A stretch of 64,000 bases of DNA from Candidatus Aldehydirespiratoraceae bacterium (GTDB lineage: Bacteria > Actinomycetota > Acidimicrobiia > Acidimicrobiales > Aldehydirespiratoraceae): contig CBDFKX010000002.1 of assembly GCA_965249055.1 (NCBI GenBank), forward strand, positions 3,021,800-3,085,799. Direction: 5' to 3'. The notes below the pieces were generated by a model, which was not told the origin of the DNA, did not search any database, and saw nothing but the letters and a program-made list of their open reading frames with translations. The translations under genes were made by a program, and so were the position numbers. Shown in pieces: positions 27,725 to 36,244 of this stretch; the stretch's first letter is position 1, and the number at the start of each line of letters is the position of its first letter.

Positions 27725-29188
27725 GTGGTGATGCGGGTTCGGTTGGTGGGTTGGTGTGGGTTGGTGTTGTGTTTGGCGGCGTCTTCGCTGTTGGTGGCGG
27801 CACCGGCGGGCGCGGTCGCGGGTTACGGTGACGTAGCCGAGGATCGGTATTACACCGAGCCGGTCCAGTGGTCAGTCGACAACGACATCACCGATCTTTC
27901 CGGGAATTGCTTTGGCCCAGACGCTCCGGTGTCACGCGGAGAAACCGCGGTGTATTTCTGGAACATGGAAGGCCAACCCTCCGCTGTGGCTCATTCGTTC
28001 AGCGACATAGGAGTCCAAGCCCAAAACGATGCTGTTTCCTGGATGGCAGCCGCGGGTATCACCACCGGAACCTCACCAACCACGTTCTCTCCCGATGAGA
28101 CCTCGACGCGCGCTCAACTAGCAGCGTTCTTGCATCAGCTAGCAGGTCAACCAGCCACCGGGGCGCATTCCTTTGTTGATGTGGTCGAAGGTTGGCAACA
28201 CGCCCCCGTTTCTTGGCTGGCGACTTCTGGCATCACCACCGGAACCTCACCAACCACGTTCTCTCCCGATGAGACCTTGACGCGCGCTGACCTGGTCACG
28301 TTCCTGTACCGCTATCAGGGCGGACCTGATGTCACCGTAGACCCCCTCACGCCAACATGTGACCCCAGTGCGTTTCTAGCCATTGCCGCAGGCGGGTTGC
28401 ATTCGTGTGGGGTGCGCACAGACAACATCATCGCCTGCTGGGGCGACAACTACTGGGGGCAGACATATGCTCCTGCGGGAACATTTCAACACGTGTCCAC
28501 TGGCGCGAGTCACTCGTGCGCGATCCGCACAGACAACACGATCACTTGCTGGGCCAACAACCACAGAGGTCAATCCGATGCGCCGGCGGGAGAGTTCCAA
28601 AACGTCGCCACCGGAGCAAGCCACTCGTGCGCGATCCGCACAGACGACACCATCACTTGCTGGGGCGACGAAGAACACGGTGAAACGGATGCCCCCGCCA
28701 CAACATTTCTTACCGTCACCGCCGGAGCGAGCCACTCGTGCGCGATCCGCACAGACAACACGATTACCTGCTGGGGCAACAACCACAGAGGTCAATCCGA
28801 TGCGCCCGCGGGAGAGTTCCTAACCGTCAGCGCCAGCTACGAGCATTCATGTGGTTTGCGCACAGACAACACCATCACCTGCTGGGGCTGGAATTCTTAT
28901 GGACAAACAAACGCACCTACCGGAACGTTCCAAAATATCACCACCGGCACGTCGCATTCTTGTGCGATCCGCACAGACAACACCATCACCTGCTGGGGCT
29001 GGAATTCTTATGGACAAACAAACGCACCTACCGGAACGTTCCAGAATGTCACGACCGGCGCGTTCCATTCTTGTGCGATCCGCACAGACAACACCATCAC
29101 CTGCTGGGGCTGGAATTTCCACGGGCAAACAGAATCACCCACCCGCAACTGGTGGCCAGGCAGCGACGATCTGGTGCCAGGTATCTGA
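27725..29188 (+). CDS. Secreted SLH-anchored protein with 7 RCC1-like blades
   Basis: 487 aa with a signal-like N-terminus (LVGWCGLVLCLAASSLLVAAPAGA), three SLH repeats and seven 37-aa blades (HSCAIRTDNTITCWG.N..GQ.(D/N)AP.G.F). It is a clear paralogue of 1655-4636 without the HExxH domain. Confidence 0.85.
   Translation: MVMRVRLVGWCGLVLCLAASSLLVAAPAGAVAGYGDVAEDRYYTEPVQWSVDNDITDLSGNCFGPDAPVSRGETAVYFWNMEGQPSAVAHSFSDIGVQAQNDAVSWMAAAGITTGTSPTTFSPDETSTRAQLAAFLHQLAGQPATGAHSFVDVVEGWQHAPVSWLATSGITTGTSPTTFSPDETLTRADLVTFLYRYQGGPDVTVDPLTPTCDPSAFLAIAAGGLHSCGVRTDNIIACWGDNYWGQTYAPAGTFQHVSTGASHSCAIRTDNTITCWANNHRGQSDAPAGEFQNVATGASHSCAIRTDDTITCWGDEEHGETDAPATTFLTVTAGASHSCAIRTDNTITCWGNNHRGQSDAPAGEFLTVSASYEHSCGLRTDNTITCWGWNSYGQTNAPTGTFQNITTGTSHSCAIRTDNTITCWGWNSYGQTNAPTGTFQNVTTGAFHSCAIRTDNTITCWGWNFHGQTESPTRNWWPGSDDLVPGI
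28859..29117 (+). repeat. Near-identical 111-bp tandem units (about 2.3 copies) encoding blades 5-7
   Basis: ggacaaacaaacgcacctacc recurs at 28901 and 29012, exactly 111 bp apart. cgcacagacaacaccatcacctgctggggctggaatt recurs three times. An additional 222-bp-spaced pair lies at about 28505-28605 and 28727-28827. Confidence 0.85.
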
Positions 29189-29653
29189 GAGCGTCTCGGG
29201 CATCACCCGCACATTGGCGACCGAAGTCATGAAGTTGGTGTCGCCGGCGAAGCGTGGCACGACATGAACATGGAGATGATCCGGCACACCCGCCCCTGAG
29301 CCTCGGCCAAGATTGGCGCCAACGTTGATGCCGTGGGGCTGATAAGCGGCCGTAACCGCCAGCGTGGCACTGCGGACCGCGGCCCAGAGTTCGCTGTGTT
29401 CATCGGTCGTCAGGTCGCCGAGCGCGGTGACTGGCCGATTGGGGACCACCAGCAGATGGCCTCGCGCGTACGGATAGATGTTGAGCACCGCGAAGCAGAG
29501 TCCGCCCCGCCAAACTATGTAGGTCTGCGCATCAGGCAGTTCGCTGTCAACAAGGGCCTCGAACAGCGTCTTGCCCTCTGGCACCACCAACTCAGTGTCA
29601 ACACCAGCTTCAGCAACCGGTATGCGCCACCCGGCCCAAAGGCGCTCAACCAT
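29135..29653 (-). CDS. HIT family protein (Ap4A phosphorylase-like)
   Basis: 172 aa with the histidine triad HLHVHVVPR, located downstream of thrS as in the M. tuberculosis Rv2613c position. Confidence 0.85.
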   Translation of the reverse strand: MVERLWAGWRIPVAEAGVDTELVVPEGKTLFEALVDSELPDAQTYIVWRGGLCFAVLNIYPYARGHLLVVPNRPVTALGDLTTDEHSELWAAVRSATLAVTAAYQPHGINVGANLGRGSGAGVPDHLHVHVVPRFAGDTNFMTSVANVRVMPETLSDTWHQIVAAWPPVAGG

Positions 29654-29690
29654 GGAGAGTCACGACCATCTCGAGATTAGGCACCTGGGC

Positions 29691-31676
29691 TCAGAGCGGG
29701 CCAGCGGCTTCTGCCGCAAGCTGTTCGGCAAATTCGACCACCGGCACGTCGCGTTCAGGCGCGTTCTGGTCTCGGCGGTTGACTCCGACCGTGTCGTTTC
29801 CCACGTCATCGTCGCCCACAACGAGGATGTAAGGGATCTTCTGGACCTTGCCGTTGCGGACACGTTTGCCGAGCGGCTCAACCGCATCAGCCACCTCAAC
29901 GCGAGCACCCACGCCACGCAGGCGGCTGGCAACGGTGTGGGCATAATCGTTGTGGACCGCGGCCACCGGCAGGACACTTACTTGAGTTGGTGCCAGCCAG
30001 GTGGGAAAGGCGCCGGCATAGTGCTCGAGCAAGACCCCGAAGAACCTCTCCACCGATCCGAACAGAGCCCGATGAATCATCACCGGACGCTTACGTGACC
30101 CGTCAGCCGAGATGTACTCCAGATCGAAGCGCTCTGGAAGGTTGAAGTCGAGTTGCACAGTCGAGAGCTGCCAGGAACGACCGATCGCGTCACCTACGTC
30201 GACATCGATCTTGGGGCCATAAAATGCGCCTCCACCTTCATCAACCACGTAGTCCAAGCCACAGGCATCGAGAGCATCGCGCAGACCATCGGTGGCTTGT
30301 GACCACAGTTCGTCTTCACCAACCGACTTGTCAGGCGGACGGGTCGAGAGTTTGGCGACAAAGTCATCGAAGCCGAATGCACGAAGCACGCTGAGCACAA
30401 AATCGAGCAGCGAAGCCAACTCAGCCGCAATGTCTTCTTGAGCACAAAAAATGTGGCTGTCATCCACCGTGAATCCACGGCTCCGCATCAAACCGTGAAC
30501 CGCTCCCGATAGTTCGTAGCGATACACCGCCCCCAACTCGAATAGACGCAGAGGTAACTCACGGTAGCTGCGTTGACCCGAGCGATAAATCATCACATGA
30601 AACGGACAATTCATCGGCTTGGGGTAATACGACGTGCCGTCGAGATCCATAGGCGGATACATCGAGTCGGCGTAGAAATCGAGATGTCCAGAGGTCTCCC
30701 ACAGCACCGACTTGGCCAAATGCGGTGTGAAGACAAAGTCATAACCGCCTTGTTCGTGACGCTTGCGGCTGTAGTCCTCCATCAGCTTGCGGACCAGAGC
30801 ACCCTTGGGATGCCACACAGCCAAACCGGGACCCAACTCCTCGGGCCAACTAAGAAGATCGAGATCGACCGCAAGGCAACGATGATCCCGCTTGGCTGCC
30901 TCGGCCAACATCTGCAGATGGGTTTTCAGTTCCTTGCGCGACGACCATGCGGTGCCATACACCCGCTGAAGCATCGGACGCGAAACATCGCCCCGCCAAT
31001 AGGCCCCCGCAACAGACTGGAGCTTGAAAGCTCCGAGCCGGCCTGTGCTGGGCACATGGGGACCGGTACACATGTCGCGGAAAGTGCCATCACTGTGGAT
31101 GTCGCCGTTTGCGTAATAGCTTATTGACGACGCGTCTGCGACCTCGCCAGTGTCTTCACCTGTCGCCGCGCCCGACACGACACGCTCAATAATCTCGGCC
31201 TTGTACATATCATCGGCAAAGAAGGACGCCGCTTCTTTGGCGTCTAGCTCGTGTCGCACGAAAGGTTGATCCTCAGCGACGATCTCTGCCATGCGCGCCT
31301 CGATCCGCTCCAAATCAGTCTCGGAAAGCGCCTGGCCACCGGGCAGTTCGACGTCGTAGTAGAAGCCATGTTCGATCGGCGGACCGATCGCAAGTTGGGT
31401 ACCGGGGTAAAGGTCACCAATGGCCTGCGCCAATACGTGGGCGGTTGAATGACGGATAGTACGAAGACCAGCTTCGGACTGAGGTGTGACGATTTCGACT
31501 GTTGACCCATCGCGTAGCGCCACGTTGAGATCCTGTTCGACTCCATCGACAACCGCTATCAGCGCGACCGAAGCGAGGCGAGGACTAATTGACGCAGCCA
31601 GATCAGCAGCCGACGACCCGACGCTGAGTTGTCGCTCGGATCCATCTAGCAGTCGAACGGAGATCAAATCAGACAT
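29691..31676 (-). CDS. thrS: Threonine--tRNA ligase
   Basis: 661 aa with a TGS domain at the N-terminus, an editing-domain HSTAHVLAQA, class II catalytic motifs and an anticodon-binding C-terminus. Confidence 0.93.
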   Translation of the reverse strand: MSDLISVRLLDGSERQLSVGSSAADLAASISPRLASVALIAVVDGVEQDLNVALRDGSTVEIVTPQSEAGLRTIRHSTAHVLAQAIGDLYPGTQLAIGPPIEHGFYYDVELPGGQALSETDLERIEARMAEIVAEDQPFVRHELDAKEAASFFADDMYKAEIIERVVSGAATGEDTGEVADASSISYYANGDIHSDGTFRDMCTGPHVPSTGRLGAFKLQSVAGAYWRGDVSRPMLQRVYGTAWSSRKELKTHLQMLAEAAKRDHRCLAVDLDLLSWPEELGPGLAVWHPKGALVRKLMEDYSRKRHEQGGYDFVFTPHLAKSVLWETSGHLDFYADSMYPPMDLDGTSYYPKPMNCPFHVMIYRSGQRSYRELPLRLFELGAVYRYELSGAVHGLMRSRGFTVDDSHIFCAQEDIAAELASLLDFVLSVLRAFGFDDFVAKLSTRPPDKSVGEDELWSQATDGLRDALDACGLDYVVDEGGGAFYGPKIDVDVGDAIGRSWQLSTVQLDFNLPERFDLEYISADGSRKRPVMIHRALFGSVERFFGVLLEHYAGAFPTWLAPTQVSVLPVAAVHNDYAHTVASRLRGVGARVEVADAVEPLGKRVRNGKVQKIPYILVVGDDDVGNDTVGVNRRDQNAPERDVPVVEFAEQLAAEAAGPL

Positions 31677-31767
31677 AGGCAGTTAACGATACCGGCCGCG
31701 TCTGGGCCGTAGGTCGCAATATTCGCCAACCAAGCTCTCGCACCGGGTGCTCATCAGCAGCCAGAGA

Positions 31768-32559
31768 TCAGCTCGCCAAAGCAGTCGATTTCAGCACCTC
31801 AGTAGATGAGCGGCGCGGCAACATCTCTGGATCAGTAGCCGCATGCGTTTGCTCGGCGGACTGAGTGGGACGCTTCGTGGCGTACTCATCGACGTAGTCC
31901 TGCCCAGTCAGGTTTCCGATCTCAAACATCAACTCGTCGGTCAACTGGCGCAAACGAAGCCGCCTATTCGTCGCAGTTCCGCTCGGCTCACCCACGATCG
32001 GCTTGCCAAACCGAACCTCAATGGGCCGAAACGGTTTTGGGGCTTTGGCATCGGGGGGCTGCACCGCGCGAGTCCCGAGAATCCCCACCGGGATGATTGG
32101 CGCACCGGTCTGGATAGCGAGTCGCGCCGCGCCGGTGTGCCCTTTGTGGAGAAAACCGTCACGGGCCCTAGTCCCCTCGGGGTAAATTCCAAAGAGTTCC
32201 CCGTCCTCAAGCAGTCGGGCCGCGGTATCGAGCGCGCGAGCCGAGGCGTTGCCGCCACCGCGATCAATCGGGATCATTCCGAGCGCCGGAAACAAGCGCC
32301 GAGTCTTCCAATCGTCGAGATACTCCGACTTGCCAACGAACGTGATCCGACGCGGCAGCGTGGCGGGCAAGAAGAAGCTATCTATCACCGATGCATGATT
32401 CGGCGCCAAGATGGCAGGACCGTCAACAGGCACATTGTCGAGTCCCACCGAGGTGATCCGCCACAAAGCAGAAAATACCGGACGCAGGACGATCTTCGCG
32501 GCGGTCTGTAGCTGTCCCTGCTCCCGGTTCATGGCCAGAGCATTATAGGACGACGCCAA
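31768..32559 (-). CDS. 1-acyl-sn-glycerol-3-phosphate acyltransferase family protein
   Basis: 263 aa with the HX4D motif NHASVIDS and a PlsC-type EGTR motif (YPEGTRARDG). Confidence 0.8.
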   Translation of the reverse strand: MASSYNALAMNREQGQLQTAAKIVLRPVFSALWRITSVGLDNVPVDGPAILAPNHASVIDSFFLPATLPRRITFVGKSEYLDDWKTRRLFPALGMIPIDRGGGNASARALDTAARLLEDGELFGIYPEGTRARDGFLHKGHTGAARLAIQTGAPIIPVGILGTRAVQPPDAKAPKPFRPIEVRFGKPIVGEPSGTATNRRLRLRQLTDELMFEIGNLTGQDYVDEYATKRPTQSAEQTHAATDPEMLPRRSSTEVLKSTALAS

Positions 32560-33664
32560 TAAGTGCGGCAGCGGCGCTCACTCCCTGTCGTTGTGCCACA
32601 GCTTCGTCAATCACCTTGAGCGCGGCTGGCACATCTAGGTCATCATCGAGATGTGCCCGCACTTCGTTGATCGCCGCGTCCCCAGCGCCTGCGGTACGCC
32701 ACTGTTCGAGACGCTCAGCAGCATCTGACATCAACTGATCACTCCAATTCCAGGGGCGGCGATAATGATGAGCACTCAATGCCAAACGGATCGCCATCGG
32801 GTCATATTCAGATCGAAGCTCATGCACAAAGATCAGGTTTTGAGTCGACTTCGACATTTTGCGACCGTTGAGGTACACCATCGACTGATGCAACCAGTGC
32901 CTCACAAACGGCTCTCCGGTTGCCGCTTCGCTCTGAGCCCTGACGCACTCATGATGCGGGTACAGCAGATCTATGCCACCTCCGTGAAGATCGATTGATG
33001 CTCCGAGTTCGCGCAACGCCAGCGCAGTGCATTCAATGTGCCATCCAGGGCGACCGGGACCCCACCGCGATTCCCAAGCAGGCTCACCGGGTCCAGACGG
33101 ACGCCACATCAAAAAGTCGAGGGGATCACGTTTCTGAGGATCATTGGGATCCTCGCGCCATTCCAATCCAAGACGTTGCATCCGTTCGCGGCCCAACGAG
33201 CCGAGAGACCCGAAGTCTTTGGCTGCACGAGTGTCGAAATACACAGTGCCGTTGACGACGTAAGCCATTTGACGCTCGAGGATCGTTTCGATCACCCCTC
33301 TGATATCGGGAATCGCGCCGGTGGCCCTCGGCGCCGACCACGCCGGGAGCACGTTGAGTGCCTCCATATCGTCGTCGAAGCGAGCCGTCTCCCCGAATGC
33401 CAGATCGAGATAGTGGACTCCGCGTTGTTGCGCAGCGGCGAGGATGTCGTCGTCGACATCGGTGATGTTGCGGACACAGCGAGTCTCGTGCCCCAGGTCG
33501 CGCAGACGGCGCTGCAGAACGTCGTAGGTGACGTATGTGGCGGCGTGGCCTAGATGAGTGGCGTCATAGGGCGTGATGCCGCATACGTACATGGTCACGA
33601 CCGGACCAGGAGCGAATCCAACAGTCGCGCCCCGGTGAGTGTCGTAGAGCTGCATCGGCTCCAT
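32543..33664 (-). CDS. mshC: L-cysteine:1D-myo-inositol 2-amino-2-deoxy-alpha-D-glucopyranoside ligase (mycothiol ligase)
   Basis: 373 aa with TMYVCGITPYDATHLGHAATYVT and a KMSKS motif. GPGRPGWHIECTA and GGG.DL.(Y/F)PHHE match my recollection of M. tuberculosis MshC more closely than CysS. The protein is short and lacks the CysS C-terminal anticodon domain. Confidence 0.8.
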   Translation of the reverse strand: MEPMQLYDTHRGATVGFAPGPVVTMYVCGITPYDATHLGHAATYVTYDVLQRRLRDLGHETRCVRNITDVDDDILAAAQQRGVHYLDLAFGETARFDDDMEALNVLPAWSAPRATGAIPDIRGVIETILERQMAYVVNGTVYFDTRAAKDFGSLGSLGRERMQRLGLEWREDPNDPQKRDPLDFLMWRPSGPGEPAWESRWGPGRPGWHIECTALALRELGASIDLHGGGIDLLYPHHECVRAQSEAATGEPFVRHWLHQSMVYLNGRKMSKSTQNLIFVHELRSEYDPMAIRLALSAHHYRRPWNWSDQLMSDAAERLEQWRTAGAGDAAINEVRAHLDDDLDVPAALKVIDEAVAQRQGVSAAAALIGVVL

Positions 33665-33680
33665 GGGCGCTCAACGACTG

Positions 33681-34352
33681 CTAGGCGTGCGGATCATCGT
33701 CAATTCCCGCTAGCTGCAACGCGACCCGTGTCTGGTAACGAACATTCAGCTGCAACAACACCGCGGTGAACGCCTCAATGGCCGTGGCGTTGGACAATTC
33801 GCCTGCGTCCAGAGGCCTCATTCCAGGGATCTGACTGCAGAGATCAGAGATCGTAACAGTTGCACGCTGATGGTCTGAACAGATCAAGATGTCCGACACA
33901 ACCGGGCAGTCGATGCGGCCGAGTTCGGTAGCAGGCACGTGGTGAAACGCGGCGGCAACGTAGGAGTCGCGCAGTTCGGCTTGCACGCTGGCACTAACCG
34001 AACCGCGAGGCGGGACTAGAGGCTGAAATTCACGACCAACCTTCGACAGTGCGTTGCTCATGCAAACGACCACCTTGCCGCGAAGTTTCGGACGCACGCT
34101 GTGGGCAGTTTCGGTAGCAGCGTTCCACGGCGTGGCGATCACCACCACTTCTCCCTCCGCCGCTCCGAGGTTGTCGGCGCTGTCGATGTGCAGTTCGGAG
34201 CGCGGCCATTTGTCGATGATCGAATCACGCACTTCCATGGCGCGATACTTCGAACGGGACCCGATAGTGACCTCATGCCCAACCGAAGCCAGTCTCGCCG
34301 CTAATGCAGTCCCAGCAGGACCTGTAGCGCCCAGTAATCCGATGTGCATCAC
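33681..34352 (-). CDS. npdG: NADPH-dependent F420 reductase family protein
   Basis: 223 aa with an N-terminal Rossmann motif IGLLGATGPAGTALAARLA..GHEVTIGSRS, typical of the F420:NADP oxidoreductase family. Confidence 0.65.
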   Translation of the reverse strand: MMHIGLLGATGPAGTALAARLASVGHEVTIGSRSKYRAMEVRDSIIDKWPRSELHIDSADNLGAAEGEVVVIATPWNAATETAHSVRPKLRGKVVVCMSNALSKVGREFQPLVPPRGSVSASVQAELRDSYVAAAFHHVPATELGRIDCPVVSDILICSDHQRATVTISDLCSQIPGMRPLDAGELSNATAIEAFTAVLLQLNVRYQTRVALQLAGIDDDPHA

Positions 34353-34400
34353 AGTGAGGGTACGGTGTCGTTGCAGACTCCGGCGCAGTAAGGGAGAAAC

Positions 34401-35168
34401 GTGGGTCTATTGGACGGAAAACGAATAGTGGTAACAGGCGTCCTCACCGACGCTTCTTTGGCGTTCGGGGTGGCGACCCGAGCCCAAGCGGAGGGTGCCG
34501 AGATCGTACTCACAGGCGCAGGCCGCGGTTTGCGACTTACGCAACGAACTGCCCGCAAATTACCTACTGAACCCGAAGTGCTTGAGTTCGACGTCACCGA
34601 GCCGAGCCATGCCGAGAGCTTGCGTAACGCTCTCGAAGCAAAATGGGGTCGCGTAGACGGTGCCCTTCATGCCATCGGTTTCGCTCCCGAAGCCTGCCTG
34701 GGTGAGGACTTCATGGGAGCTACCTGGGATGACGTGAAAGTGGCCATTGAGATCTCAACCTATTCACTGAAGCTGCTAGCCGACGCCGTGGCGCCACTGA
34801 TGACAAACGGAGGCTCGATTGTCGCTCTCGACTTCGATGCGACAGTTACCTGGCCTGCCTACAACTGGATGGGAGTCGCCAAGGCGGCTCTGGAGTCGAC
34901 CAACCGTTATCTCGCCCGCGAGCTTGGGCCGGCTCAGATCCGCTGCAACCTCATAGCCGCTGGGCCGATTCGGACGATGGCGGCTAAGTCCATCCCCGGG
35001 TTTTCAGCTTTTGAAGAAGTCTGGGACGACCGTGCACCGCTCGGCTGGGATGTCGGAGATTCCAGCGCCGTAGCAGAGACAACCGTTGCTCTGTTGTCTG
35101 ACTGGTTTCGCGCCACGACAGGTTCGATGATCCACGTCGACGGCGGTTACCACATCATCGGTGCCTGA
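34401..35168 (+). CDS. fabI: Enoyl-[acyl-carrier-protein] reductase (NADH), InhA/FabI type
   Basis: 255 aa. The N-terminus [24 protein letters not shown] closely resembles InhA ([21 protein letters not shown]), within an SDR fold. Confidence 0.85.
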   Translation: [255 protein letters not shown]

Positions 35169-35179
35169 TACGGCCGCGA

Positions 35180-36244
35180 CTAGGCCTCCTGGTCGGTTTC
35201 GTCGCGGATATCGCCTACTAGGGCCTCCAAAACGTCTTCAAGGGTGACCATGCCGAGCAGCTGACCGTCCGGTGTCTGCACCAGAGCCGCGTGGCAACGG
35301 TGCAACCGCATCGACCACATGAGGTCGCGCACTGGCTGATCGGGATCGACTATGAGCATCCGGCGGATCATCTCCAACGGAACCTGATCAAGATGGGAAG
35401 CTCCATTGCCAGCGAGGTCGGGCAGACGCAACAAATCCTTCGAGTGAACAAATCCGACGATGTTGTCGGGTCGGATGCCCTCCATGGGAATCCGACTGTG
35501 ACCCGAGGAGGCGACGATCTCTTCGATCTCGTGGACCGCTGTGGAGCGCGGCACCGACACCATCGCCGCCGCTGGCACCATGATCGACCCAGCCGTGCGA
35601 TCTCTGAATGCGAGGGCCCCCGCAAGCAGATCGTGCTCGGTGTCCTCGATCTTGCCTTTCTCGAGGACACCGTCAAAAAGGGTGTGGAACTCGTTGACGG
35701 TCAGCGCCGTGTTGATCTCATCCACCGGCTCAGTTCCAAGCATCCTCACGATGCCGTTGGAGACGGCATTGAGCGTCCACACCACTGGTCTGAACACGAT
35801 TAGGTAGAAAGCATGGATCGGGGCGATCACCCGAGCGACGCGTTCCGGGTTGGAGATCGCCAAATTCTTGGGAAGCATCTCCCCCACCACCATGTGTGCA
35901 GTGACAACGAGTCCCATGGACAGCACAAACGAGATTGTGTGGAGCAGGCCGCTGGGCAACTCTACGAACGCCTCAACCGCTGATTCGATCAGCGAGGCCA
36001 CCAGAGGCTCGGCCACATAGCCAAGACCCAGAGACGCCATGGTGATTCCAAGCTGAGCACCGACGAGCTGCGGTTGCAGGTCCTGAACGGCTTCGAGAGC
36101 AGCCGAAGCGCCGGCGTCATCTCCGCCTTCCGCCATCGGTTCCAGCCTCGTAACCCGACTCGCCAGCAAGGCGAATTCCGCAGCGACGAAGAAACCATTG
36201 ACGGCAATCAACAAGACAGAGACTGCCAAGAGTCCAACAGTCAT
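35180..36244 (-). CDS. CNNM/DUF21 + CBS-pair membrane protein (hemolysin-family, no CorC_HlyC tail)
   Basis: The start was trimmed to the ATG at 36244 (MTVGLLAVSVLLIAVNGFFVAAEFAL), giving an ATGA overlap with the upstream gene stop. A DUF21 TM domain is followed by tandem CBS motifs. Confidence 0.8.
   Translation of the reverse strand: MTVGLLAVSVLLIAVNGFFVAAEFALLASRVTRLEPMAEGGDDAGASAALEAVQDLQPQLVGAQLGITMASLGLGYVAEPLVASLIESAVEAFVELPSGLLHTISFVLSMGLVVTAHMVVGEMLPKNLAISNPERVARVIAPIHAFYLIVFRPVVWTLNAVSNGIVRMLGTEPVDEINTALTVNEFHTLFDGVLEKGKIEDTEHDLLAGALAFRDRTAGSIMVPAAAMVSVPRSTAVHEIEEIVASSGHSRIPMEGIRPDNIVGFVHSKDLLRLPDLAGNGASHLDQVPLEMIRRMLIVDPDQPVRDLMWSMRLHRCHAALVQTPDGQLLGMVTLEDVLEALVGDIRDETDQEA

Noticed and set aside
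31677-31767. T-box or other leader upstream of thrS
   Set aside because: Only about 91 nt are available, and no specifier-loop or T-box (AGGGUGGNACCGCG-like) sequence is seen.
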